Position numbers and translations under genes: made by a program
Virus record (IMG/VR): IMGVR_UViG_3300035181_002522
Location: 100,332 to 164,331 of that record
Reading direction: 5' to 3' (one strand)
Source: a virus
DNA length: 64,000 nucleotides
The notes under the pieces: generated by a model
The model's input: the letters and a program-made list of their open reading frames with translations, nothing else
What the model was told of the DNA's origin: nothing
Database searches by the model: none
In this document: piece by piece, positions 9,881-19,559 of the stretch
Layout of the letters: each line of letters begins with the position of its first letter
Numbering within the stretch: the first letter of the stretch is position 1

Positions 9881-10083
9881 TTTGAGCCATCCTTATAATT
9901 ATTTTTATTTTGAAATTGCGTTAAATTGCCTGCTGGTTCGAGTCCAGCTCCACATACAGAGAGCTTAATAAGTTTTCTGTATGTGGATAGGAGAATTGGT
10001 ATATCCCAAGATCTTTAAGAACTCATATGGAGTCGATCTTGTGTAATTTAAAGTGAGCCTTTTTAATCTTCGTATCGCTCAAC
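9881..10083 (+). ncRNA. Circularly permuted tRNA-mimic RNA 1 (YrlA-like architecture)
   Basis: T-arm 9932-9948, 18-bp closed acceptor-like hairpin 9949-9987, then D-arm; termini TTGAGC/GCTCAA pair. Confidence 0.75.
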
Positions 10084-10101
10084 ATACGTAGACTAGAAGT
10101 A

Positions 10102-10281
10102 AAGTTTTAACAACAAATACGGTCTTCTCATTCATTAAATGAGAACTGGAAGTCGCGGGTTCAAATCCCGTCCCGACGGCAATTGATTTTAGAAATAGAG
10201 TTAATTGCCGTCGGGTAGCTCAGTGGTTAGAGTGCCAGTAAAATAACATCGTCATCATCGTAGGTTGTTTGATTAAAACTT
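10102..10281 (+). ncRNA. Circularly permuted tRNA-mimic RNA 2 (YrlA-like architecture)
   Basis: T-arm 10155-10171, 20-bp acceptor-like hairpin closed by GAAA 10172-10215, D-arm TAGCTCAGTGGTTAGAGT; ACTGG/CCAGT helix; termini AAGTTTTAA/TTAAAACTT pair. Confidence 0.82.
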
Positions 10282-10513
10282 GAAAGAATATCATTCTTAA
10301 TGCCCGCCTAGAATATAGGAAATTTGGACTTTGCGGGCATTCTATAAAAGAGCTTTTAACTGAAAGTTTTTTTATAGAATGATAACATTAAGGATATAAT
10401 ATGTCAATATTACGAATTGCTACAGCACTTATATAAGTGCTGTATGGTTTGATGGCATACATTTTTAATATTGACGTTAAGAAACAAGCTGAAAAAGAAG
10501 AGAAAAAATAATT

Positions 10514-10639
10514 GCCGGTATAGTTTAATGGTAGAACTGCCAAAAAACATCGTTTACATTTTTTGTTAGCAATAACCGCTAGTAAATGGTTATCCATTCC
10601 AAGGGGAAGATCGTGGTTCGATTCCACGTGCCGGCTCCA
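10514..10639 (+). ncRNA. tRNA-ended RNA with conserved insert, copy C (Gly-like)
   Basis: Acceptor GCCGGTA/TGCCGGC-TCCA; insert 10542-10594; ATTCCAA loop; T-arm CGTGG-TTCGATT-CCACG. Confidence 0.82.
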
Positions 10640-10662
10640 CTTTTTAAGATGAGAGAATTATT

Positions 10663-10920
10663 ATGAACATTGACAGCCATATGGCATATGATAGAAAAAT
10701 ATTCATTCAGCACTCTGTTGCTGAAATAGCAAAACAAGATAAAGCAGCACAAAGCGTCTTTTTGCAGCGCCTTAAAAATCTACGAATGTTTAATGATTTG
10801 TTCAATGATAATCTCCCTAAAAACAATTGGGATTTACGTTATACTGCAATGAGATGTAAGTCAACAAGGTTCATTAAGATGGATCTTGTTCTAATGCAAA
10901 TTAGATACCTAATGTGTTAG
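10663..10920 (+). CDS. Hypothetical protein
   Basis: ORF with purine-rich RBS. Confidence 0.5.
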   Translation: MNIDSHMAYDRKIFIQHSVAEIAKQDKAAQSVFLQRLKNLRMFNDLFNDNLPKNNWDLRYTAMRCKSTRFIKMDLVLMQIRYLMC

Positions 10921-11093
10921 GCGGTAAAAGTGCGAATTATTAAAATTGTGAATGAAACAAATTTTTTTGGTTTACTTTATAATGGTACTATTGTACTATG
11001 TACAAAAGTTGAAGCTGATTATTGTGCAACAGTTAGATTTGGAAAAGCTGGGCGAATGTCGGTATTTGCAATGAGAACTAATTAGGAGCTGTT

Positions 11094-11291
11094 ATGACAT
11101 TTTTGTGGTTGCTTTTCACGACAACTATTGGTGCTATTGCCGGTGGAATGGTTTATGCTTCGCCATGGATTGGCAGTGCAATAGGATTTGTTGTTGGGTT
11201 CATTCTTAATATGATAATAAAAAGTGCTACCGGCAATTTTGGTTTTTTTGGGGAAGACCCTTTCAATTTTGATGGTGGTTATGGAGACTAA
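11094..11291 (+). CDS. Small membrane protein
   Basis: AGGAG RBS; two TM segments. Confidence 0.6.
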   Translation: MTFLWLLFTTTIGAIAGGMVYASPWIGSAIGFVVGFILNMIIKSATGNFGFFGEDPFNFDGGYGD

Positions 11292-11293
11292 AT

Positions 11294-11740
11294 GTGGAAA
11301 TCATAATTCTAAGGTTGCCTTTTGGCTCAACTGTTAGAGATCTTGAAATCTTTATTGAACCCGCTCTAAAGGTATGCTGGTTCATCAATAAACGATCTCT
11401 GATCGACAGATTAAAGATCAAGGTTTATATTGATCGAAAAGTCGACGGCATCGAACTGCATGGTCATATCTTTACTAAAGATGAACATCTTGGCAGACAG
11501 CTGTGTAAGAAGCTAAATGGAAAATACTTCAAAAATGAAAAACCAGTCGCGGTCAGAGAATATCAAATCCGTAGTTGGCAAAATGATCGTCGTAGACCAA
11601 CTCTTGAAAAAGTTGATGTACTTGGCACTGGTTCAAGACAAGGAGAACGCCGTCGTGGAAAACAACTCGATGAGATAACCGATGCTAACGCCAACGTGCT
11701 TTTCATTGGTGTTAAAAATTTTAATCGGAAACAATTTTAA
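11294..11740 (+). CDS. RRM-fold-like RNA-binding protein
   Basis: IIILRLP...HGHI...KKLNGKYF..PVAVREYQIRSWQNDRR pattern recalled from Methylococcales RNA-binding proteins. Confidence 0.55.
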   Translation: MEIIILRLPFGSTVRDLEIFIEPALKVCWFINKRSLIDRLKIKVYIDRKVDGIELHGHIFTKDEHLGRQLCKKLNGKYFKNEKPVAVREYQIRSWQNDRRRPTLEKVDVLGTGSRQGERRRGKQLDEITDANANVLFIGVKNFNRKQF

Positions 11741-11972
11741 TAGTTTACAAATCGAGAGTTTATATTATAATAACTCTCGTATTTTTATTATAAATGAAAT
11801 TTTATTTGTATTAAATTGAAAATTTACTTAATAAAAATGAGAAAAACAGATAGTTAATAGCATATTTGTTAATAGTGAAAATACCTATAATTTAATGATA
11901 GATGGCATTTTAATAATTGTAAATTTAAAATGCAAATTTAAGGGATGTTGAAAATCTACTAAATAAAATATC

Positions 11973-12090
11973 GGGATAGTGACGGAATTGGTATACGTAC
12001 AAGACTTTTTCAAGAACTTGAAACTATTCAAGTTCTTCTGAAAATCTTGCGGCTTCGGCCATGTGGGTTCGAGTCCCACCTATCCCACCA
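11973..12090 (+). tRNA. tRNA-Leu with 33-nt hairpin insertion in the anticodon loop
   Basis: Acceptor GGGATAG/CTATCCC-ACCA, Leu-type D-loop and variable arm GGCTTCGGCC; 40 nt between CAAGA and TCTTG. Confidence 0.85.
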
Positions 12091-12647
12091 AATTTATAAT
12101 GCATTTACGACAAAACCAAACATTTTAGAGTTAATAAACTCTAACAGAGATCATTTACGTCAATTAGAAAAGTTTTCTATTGGCGTTTCTGTTGTTATAA
12201 TTGTCAGTGAAGATGAATACACTCCATCTATTCGTACTGCTATTGGTCATGTTATCGGATTTGCTCCAGGTCGATTGACCATTGGAGATGACATTAGAGT
12301 AATTGTTCAAACTGCAGCTGGTAGTAAACGTTCAATAACTCCAGAAAATTTAATGTTGCTGAGTGAAACATGAACATTATTCCACAACCACCACTCACGA
12401 GAATAATTAGAGAAGGTAGCACTAGGTTTTGTCCTTTTTTGCGGAAGTAGCTTAGTGATAAATGTTCTTGGAAAATCACAAGGATGTTTATAACCAGAGT
12501 GTCATAACTTCCACCAATTGTCTGGTAGAGCAGTTGAGGCATTAAGTACTATTGAACAAGTTAAGCAGATTAAAGCAGATTATGATGTTAGTCTTAATGA
12601 AGCTAAGCGTATTTTTGCATGCCTTATTGAATATGTTGTTCAGAAAT

Positions 12648-12718
12648 GACCTCTAATTGGTTTACATTGAGATTCTAAAACTCATTGTGTCAGAGTTCAA
12701 CTCTCTGAGACGTCACCA
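12648..12718 (+). tRNA. Degenerate tRNA with CTA (amber) anticodon
   Basis: TGAGA-TTCTAAA-ACTCA arm, T-arm CAGAG-TTCAACT-CTCTG, ACCA end; D-arm partly deleted. Confidence 0.5.
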
Positions 12719-13101
12719 AAATGTCACAATCAAAACAAGAATTAATTAGCCAGCTTCAACAACTTATTGATAGTTGGACTGCGGAATTAGAATCGTTAGA
12801 TGATGGCGGCAAAAGTAAAGAATTTGAACGCTTAAGAGAATTGTTAAATGCAAATTACGACAATAAAAGCTAAATCTCGTAAACTAGCTTGCAGATTGGA
12901 CTATTGAATTAATTGAACAAGTTCTTGAACAAGAATTGCTAGTGGAAAGTGAATTAAGAGAGAACCTTGCTGAGGAAATTAAACAAGAAATTGATAATCA
13001 CATTATTGACACTATCATTTTACGAGCTGAATATGAAAGAGTTAAACATCTTACTAAAGATTGTGATAATATAAAATCTTCTTAAATTATTCGAGAATCA
13101 A

Positions 13102-13410
13102 ATGATAAACGCGAATATTATTGATGTTGGCCCTGATGTTGACAGAACTCCATCTGAACATGTTCAATCAGTGTTAGCTGCCCTTAGCCAAGGCACTCGA
13201 TTTAAAAATACGGTTGAACTTATTGGCTGCATAACTTCATCGATTGGGCAAATTGTTGAAAGTTTTGCAGTTGGTTGTGAATTTGTCTTCTTGGCATTTC
13301 ATAACAGCGATATCGTATTTGTTCGCACTGATAACCAACTATACCATCGTATAGTTTGGTATGCCAACGAGTTAGATACTGCCGAAAAAATTGAGATAGT
13401 CATTGACTAA
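13102..13410 (+). CDS. Hypothetical protein
   Basis: 102-aa ORF. Confidence 0.55.
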   Translation: MINANIIDVGPDVDRTPSEHVQSVLAALSQGTRFKNTVELIGCITSSIGQIVESFAVGCEFVFLAFHNSDIVFVRTDNQLYHRIVWYANELDTAEKIEIVID

Positions 13411-13719
13411 TGCTGAAGTGTTTGAGGCGTCTTTTAAGTGGCCGAAGAATTACTTTCATCTACCTTCAAAAGTATAGTGGCAAATTGATGCAAATCTTTG
13501 GCATTTTGGATTGGGAAGGCGAGGCTTTAATGGCTGAGGAATTAAAAAGATTTAAGGAGCATTATCATGAAAATAACAGGTAAAGTGAGTTAAGAAATTG
13601 ATGTACATCCGGCAGAGTTGATTGAAGCAGTTTCCAGGTTATGTTACGACTAAAGCTGAAGCATTAACTTTTTTTACAGCTGCTTTACTTGCTGATAATA
13701 GTAAAGTTACTGACTTAAC

Positions 13720-14194
13720 GTAACAAACCAGAATTGTTGTTGCTAAACCAAAGGAAATTCTTGCTAAATGGCGTTGGTTTATTGTTGGTGGTAAAGTAAT
13801 CTCTGGTTCAATGTATCGCTTTAAAGGCGCAATACACCAAGAAGAAGAGTTAGATGCATGCGTTATCGCTGAAGCACAATGGTTAGCAGATGTATGGTTA
13901 CCATCTCAATGCTGCGTTATGGATACAGTGCTTGTCGGAAGTGACGTTAAAGTTGTAGAATTTAACTGCATCAACTGTTCAGGTTTTTATGACAGTGATG
14001 TTGATAAGATTTTTATGGCTCTTTGGGAATGGCAAACTTTGGGCAATGTTAAAATAACGGCAGAGCTTGAAGCCGATTTAAATGGAATGTTTCAGTTGGA
14101 TGCAGTTGCTGAACTAGAGCAGATTCGAAAAGACAAATACGAAGTTGATTTAGAAAATTTTAACTTCAAGTATGGATTAGTCAATTACCAGTGA
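13720..14194 (+). pseudogene. C-terminal fragment of an ATP-grasp (R2K-like) protein
   Basis: KPKEILAKWRWFIVGGKVISGSMY...VMD...KVVEFNCINCSGFY; N-terminal half missing. Confidence 0.65.
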
Positions 14195-14311
14195 GTAGTA
14201 GGATGTTACCGAATCCACCGGTACATAATAGTGGACCAATAATTCTACTATGATATAATTTTAGAATAATTGTATTGAAAATGTGATATAATTATATCAT
14301 AATAGAATTTT

Positions 14312-14369
14312 AGGACTATAACTCAGCTGGTTAGAGCACTCGCCTGATAAGTGGTGGGTCAGTGGTCCA
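14312..14369 (+). pseudogene. Truncated tRNA-Ile(GAT)
   Basis: D-arm and CTGATAA loop present; T-loop and 3' acceptor missing. Confidence 0.65.
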
Positions 14370-14435
14370 TTGTTTACAAAATTAGGTATTGATATTTTTA
14401 CTTTTTCAAACGGAAAAATATAAAGAGTCCAAAGT

Positions 14436-14508
14436 CGGGGTTTAGCTGAGCTTGGTTTAGCACACCATTTGGGGTGGTGAGACGTAGGTTCGAATCCTAC
14501 AATCCCGA
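14436..14508 (+). tRNA. tRNA-Pro(TGG), CCA not encoded
   Basis: CACCA-TTTGGGG-TGGTG arm; canonical T-arm. Confidence 0.9.
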
Positions 14509-14629
14509 CTTTGGGCTTTTAAAATTATTATACCTTTTCAAAAAATTAATATACAATTTCTCTAAGTTGAAACACTGGAGATAAGAAGATGAAAACGAAA
14601 GCTGAAAAAGAAGTACTTGGTTTGAAATA

Positions 14630-14706
14630 GTTCTCATTGTCTACGGTGGTCAGGACTCCGCCCTCTCAAGGCGGCAAATTGGGTTCGACCCCCAATGAGA
14701 ACACCA
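14630..14706 (+). tRNA. tRNA-Glu(CTC)
   Basis: CCGCC-CTCTCAA-GGCGG; acceptor GTTCTCA/TGAGAAC-ACCA. Confidence 0.9.
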
Positions 14707-14719
14707 ACTTTGAGCTGAT

Positions 14720-15359
14720 ATGTATCTAATAAAGTTAGAGAATACTGGATTTGAAGATAATGATGAAACCTTAGATGCTGAGTTTTTAAAATTGACTCAC
14801 CTTCTAGGGCTACAAGATTATGATTCAACCACGTTATGTCTGTATTCTGGAAATGCACATATGTATGAAGATTATAGTGATGAGTTTACTTGTTCTTCTT
14901 GTATAAGGATTGCTAAAGAGTTTTTTCACAAGTATAAAAAGAAAGATTTTAAAAACCTTTAGGATAATTATGGAATACGCAGTTTATCGAGCTAATTATA
15001 CTGATAAAGTTTTTCATGGAAGTCCTGAACAATTTTCGTTAGACCATAACATTCAAGTCAGTGCCGGGTATTCTAATTTTTGTAAGGCTGTTCAACAAAT
15101 ATTTGGACCAATCACTACTGTTGCTGTAACGTATAACAATGTTGGTCCAGAAAGTAAGGTTGGAGATAAATGTATGTTCATTTTTGCCAATGAACAACAA
15201 ATAAGATGGGGCAATTGTGATGATCCTAACGGAAGATTGGTTGAAAATGAGACATATGAAATTGTAGAAATTTTAGTATTTTCAATGCATACAAAAATAG
15301 TTTTAAAAGGTTTTGAAGATTATAAATTTCCAGCATCAGCTTTCATGGTACTGGATTAA
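14720..15359 (+). CDS. Two hypothetical proteins (14720-14962, 14970-15359)
   Basis: Consecutive ORFs; AGGA RBS before the second. Confidence 0.55.
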
Positions 15360-15368
15360 GGTTAATTT

Positions 15369-15457
15369 ATGTAGTCTGTCCTGACGGCGGAAGGGCAACT
15401 GGCTGTAATCCAGTCACACAGAAACACAGGGGGGTTCGAATCCCTCACTACTTACCA
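15369..15457 (+). tRNA. tRNA-Tyr(GTA), imperfect acceptor
   Basis: ACTGG-CTGTAAT-CCAGT, long variable region, TTCGAAT T-loop, ACCA end. Confidence 0.75.
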
Positions 15458-16100
15458 AATTTTAGGATAATGAATATTTACTTTTACGCTATAAAAATTC
15501 AAATGTAAATTTTGTGGAATATTGAGTATAGAACATAAAGCTGTTTATGTCAAATTAGTAAAAATGGCTACCGTAACAATTGTGTATAAGATAGTCGATG
15601 AATTTAAAGATGGTGAATTTAGGCAAGAAATTTTAGACATGTTTGATATGTCTTAATTGGACTATTGTTAATGGCTTCTAACCATGTTGATGAAAAGTTT
15701 GAAATTGGTGATTTGGATGATGAATATGCTGCTTACATAATGGAGCATGCCATTGGTGATAGGATTATTTGCAATGGACATACATTGCTAGCTGCAATGG
15801 AAGATGGTTATCTTTCTGAAGAATTTGAAGAAATTTACAAACATTGGTTAACTACTTGAAACTTGGTTTTGGGCAAGTGACTTGATTACGGCATGTAGAA
15901 CATCGTATGAGCAAAAGTAAGATACTGTTATTCGACGTTGAACTACGTCATTAATATCGCACAGTCCGTCAATTATCAGGTGCTCCTGAGGCTGAGGTGG
16001 TATTATAGTGCTAAGATAGAGAGGGATGCTACCGGAGTTGATCACCTGGAACGTTCTGAGAACTTGGTTGAAACGCTTACAATTCTACAAGATTTTTTAT

Positions 16101-16108
16101 TATAAATA
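16101..16108 (+). promoter_or_regulatory. T4-type late promoter TATAAATA
   Basis: Exact consensus just upstream of a tube-like gene; core TAAATA recurs before structural genes. Confidence 0.65.
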
Positions 16109-16131
16109 TTTTCTTTTATAGGAGATATCAT

Positions 16132-16551
16132 ATGAATACAAAAAGCAACATTGGTGTTGGTATTTTACATCCAATGATTTCAAACAGATTTTTTGTGACA
16201 TTTGATGAAATTGTTAATAGCACTTTATCAAATCAAATAGTAAAAGTTGAAGTAGATTTGCTGTCAAAGCAAATTTCATTTACAATTGAATTACCGCTAA
16301 ATTGTGAAAAATTGTTTAACGAGATTGACTTTATTAAAAATAGACAATTTAATTTAGTTGTTTCAATCTTAGAAGGGGATAAATCACTTAGCCCCGTTTT
16401 TGGTTTAACGAATACTGAAGTAAAAGCTGCTTCGTTCGATTTAGATTATTCTAAAAATGAAACAGCAAAAATAAAAATGATATGCTCATTTGAAAAAATT
16501 TCATCAGCTACAAATATTAAAATAGTAAATGAAAAAGTACGAGCTGCTTAA
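16132..16551 (+). CDS. Divergent tail-tube-like paralogue
   Basis: GVGILHPMISNRF and DLDYS match GNGILHPKHKNRF and DLDYS of 57828-58454. Confidence 0.7.
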   Translation: MNTKSNIGVGILHPMISNRFFVTFDEIVNSTLSNQIVKVEVDLLSKQISFTIELPLNCEKLFNEIDFIKNRQFNLVVSILEGDKSLSPVFGLTNTEVKAASFDLDYSKNETAKIKMICSFEKISSATNIKIVNEKVRAA

Positions 16552-16628
16552 CCAGTGGTTAAGAGGTACTACCTGCAATCGAGATAAGATTAATGTGAAG
16601 TAGCTGATTTAGCAGCTGGAGAAAGTAT

Positions 16629-17114
16629 TTGATATTTCGATCAGCAATCGTAAAAAGGGTAAAAGAGCAATTTGCTCTCAATCTTTACGGAATTCATGGT
16701 TTACCTCATTGGTCTAGGGTGTTAAACCACGGGTTGATGCTTGGCAAAGCTGAAGGCGGAGATTTAGAAGTCATTACGTTATTTGCATTGCTTCATGATG
16801 CAAAACGAGTTATTGACGGCTTCGATCCAGAGCATGGTGATCGAGCGGCAGATTTAGCTGTGGTGTTCAGAAGTGATTTATTTCACGTGTCTGATAAACA
16901 AATGGACCTATTGACTACCGCATTAAAGTTGCACAGCGATGGTCTGACTAACTCAGACATAACTGTTATGTGTTGTTGGGATGCTGATAGATTAGACCTT
17001 GGTAGATGTGGAACAGTTCCAAGTCCTGAGTACTTGTGTACTGCTACAGCTAAACAACCAGCAATTATAAATCAAGCTGTTTTTTGGGCAACGTTTGGAA
17101 GAAAACGTTGGTAA
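16629..17114 (+). CDS. HD-domain phosphohydrolase
   Basis: HGLPHWSRV...LLHD...HG...H...WDADRLDLGR. Confidence 0.85.
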   Translation: MIFRSAIVKRVKEQFALNLYGIHGLPHWSRVLNHGLMLGKAEGGDLEVITLFALLHDAKRVIDGFDPEHGDRAADLAVVFRSDLFHVSDKQMDLLTTALKLHSDGLTNSDITVMCCWDADRLDLGRCGTVPSPEYLCTATAKQPAIINQAVFWATFGRKRW

Positions 17115-17468
17115 AAATGATAAGTCAATCAAAAATAAAGATGCACTTATCTTAAAAATAGAGTATAATCTCTCTAAGTTGAAAAGATTGATGGAGAATA
17201 AGATGATTGGTTTAGACACACTAGCAAGTTTAGTAATGAAAATGTACAGGGTTTTATTTGATGATTCTCCTGACGGTTTGAAAAAAAGTGCTTTGGCGAA
17301 TGAGCCGCGATAATAAATCAGTTGCATTGCAAATTGCGACAAAATATTGTTCAAATTACAACGGCTTTGATGCTGTTTCAGCTGAAGAATTTGAAGAAAT
17401 TTTTGATATGGCTTGTGCAGCCATGAATAATGGTATTGAAGTAGAGTGGTTGAGTTAAGAGGTGGGTT

Positions 17469-17684
17469 ATGGACATTGTAAGTATTTCAGTTGCAGAGTA
17501 TGATGACAAGTTTGTATCAGCAACATTGTTTACTAATTTGCCTGATCCAACATATCCGTCGTTAGATTTGTTATTACAAATTACTTTACCAAAAAATACC
17601 GCCGCTGTTTATTTGAGGGATAATTTCCCTGATGTGGAAGTTGAATATTTAGTTGATTTACCAAATATGGGGTTAGAAGATTAA
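17469..17684 (+). CDS. Hypothetical protein
   Basis: GAGGTGG RBS. Confidence 0.55.
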   Translation: MDIVSISVAEYDDKFVSATLFTNLPDPTYPSLDLLLQITLPKNTAAVYLRDNFPDVEVEYLVDLPNMGLED

Positions 17685-18210
17685 GTCTTATTAGTTCTGG
17701 TATGGACAAAACGAAAACCGAAAGGCTTTATTGATCACTTAGCTGAGTAGGATGCAGATAGCCTAGTTGAAAATTTAATAATCGTGAGTGTTAAATTAGT
17801 AAGTTAGATTTATCTCGAAAATGTCTCCCTCTGTGGCAGAGGGAGAGTGCTCAGGTGAGTTAGTGGAACTAATAAGATTTGGACAGTTAAAATGGGTAAA
17901 AAACTGTTGCCGTTTTAAATGCTCGGGAATGGTTATAAATTTGCAAATTAGATGTTTGCTTCGTCGCAAAAAGCTTCGAAATGGAGCTAATAAATAAATG
18001 TATAAATACATCATATTGATGTATAATAGTTTAAAAGTAAAAACCGCTGTTAATGGGTTATCATGATTAGATATAAACCCCATAAACCTTTTTTGTTTTT
18101 ACTTTAACAAGTTTTGAAGAACCATTCAATCTTGGTTATCCGATATAAAATCAGACTAATTCCAAGATTATCATTTTGTTTTACAATTATTTCCTATGGG
18201 GAATATTAAG

Positions 18211-18408
18211 ATGACATTTAAAATTTTAGTAACAGATGTTATTTCTTCTGACGGTGGCAATGGTTCTGCAATTTCACAAGTCGTTATTGACTTTGAACGA
18301 TTGGTTGATGCTCAAGCTGCTTATGATAAGCTTAAAGATAGCACATATCAGTTAGACGCTCCAGGTCATAATATGACAATGGGTCGAACGGTTACAAAAT
18401 TGTTTTAA
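18211..18408 (+). CDS. Hypothetical protein
   Basis: Short ORF with GGGG RBS. Confidence 0.5.
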   Translation: MTFKILVTDVISSDGGNGSAISQVVIDFERLVDAQAAYDKLKDSTYQLDAPGHNMTMGRTVTKLF

Positions 18409-18545
18409 GATTAAGTCATAATGCCATAAAGCTAGCTAAATTTAGCCAGCTTATATCGGTTTTATGCACAGGTTTGACAAACTGCTTGAAGTTGATTATC
18501 TTTTATGGAAAAAGAGTCGTGGGTTCAACTCCCACCTTGAATCCA
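18409..18545 (+). ncRNA. Degenerate tRNA-like RNA with large internal domain
   Basis: T-arm GTGGG-TTCAACT-CCCAC, CCA end, GATTAAG/CTTGAATC pairing, internal hairpins. Confidence 0.4.
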
Positions 18546-18838
18546 TAATGGAACTTTAACTCAACTTTGTTTTTTGTTTGTCTCTCACTTTGGAGCACCT
18601 CCTTGTCGGCGCTTATATCAAATAGACAAGGGACTAATTATGAATGAATGTCGTCAAAAATTCTGCTTAGGAAAACAAAAAGAATTTAAACGCCAAGGTG
18701 GATGGATGAGTGGATACGTTCTTCCTGTTGGAAGAACGTGGAAATGAATGGCCAACAAAAAGGTTCGACATTCAGCTGTTGCTTCCGGTGGAGCATATAA
18801 AAAGAGTTGGGAATTTTTTGAATGGTGTTAAAATATTA

Positions 18839-18913
18839 GCCTGCGTAGCTCAATGGTAGAGCGCTGTACTGTCACTGCAGAGGCCACGGGATCGTTCCCC
18901 GTCGTCGTCGCCA
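18839..18913 (+). tRNA. tRNA-Asp(GTC), mismatched acceptor
   Basis: CTGTA-CTGTCAC-TGCAG; D-arm; GCCA end. Confidence 0.75.
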
Positions 18914-18932
18914 AATTTACGAATATTGAACC

Positions 18933-19553
18933 ATGAAAATAAAAGAAGTTACGTTAGAAATGGTTCAACGAATTCCAGCAGTTAAGTTGCAACTTGAAGA
19001 TGTCGCTAAAAATAAAAAAGTCTTTAAGAAAATAACTCAGTTTACGTCAAAAGCTAAATTGGTTCAACATTTTGATACTGGAATTAAATTATTCCAATTA
19101 GATAAAGGTAAAGAAACTGAGTTTTTTGGAGTAGATGAAGAGCAAGAACTTATTGCGTATTATTTACGATATGAAATTCAAGATGTTGATTTTTTAGATA
19201 CGAGTTGGGTTACGCAAGTTATGGTTTGGCGAGGTCATTTATCCTCAAATAAATCAGAGGGAATTGCTAAGCGTATTTTTTACGATTTCGTTTTGGCGAA
19301 ATTTGGAACTGCTATAACTGATGGTGAACAAACTGCTGATGGCGAACGATTTTGGAAACAGCGAATTATTGAAGCTTTTTCTAATGAAAAATTGAAAGTT
19401 TACATTTTAGATTTTCATCAAAAACAATGTAAGCGTTTACTAAAAGACCAGTATATTAAGTTGCTTAATACTAAAAATGATCCTTGGGGAAATAGTGCTT
19501 GGCATAAAGGAATTAGATTAGCAATCTCTGATTTTGATTTAGTTCAAGAATGA
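18933..19553 (+). CDS. Phage protein of unknown function (paralogue of 26504-27150)
   Basis: QVMVWR...AITDGEQTADGERFW shared with QSLVWR...IITDSKQTWNGRSFW. Confidence 0.7.
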   Translation: MKIKEVTLEMVQRIPAVKLQLEDVAKNKKVFKKITQFTSKAKLVQHFDTGIKLFQLDKGKETEFFGVDEEQELIAYYLRYEIQDVDFLDTSWVTQVMVWRGHLSSNKSEGIAKRIFYDFVLAKFGTAITDGEQTADGERFWKQRIIEAFSNEKLKVYILDFHQKQCKRLLKDQYIKLLNTKNDPWGNSAWHKGIRLAISDFDLVQE

Positions 19554-19559
19554 TAAATG

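Noticed and set aside
12005-12044. Canonical archaeal bulge-helix-bulge or group I intron
   Set aside because: Bulges are 2 nt around a 5-bp helix and in the opposite orientation; 33 nt cannot hold a ribozyme core
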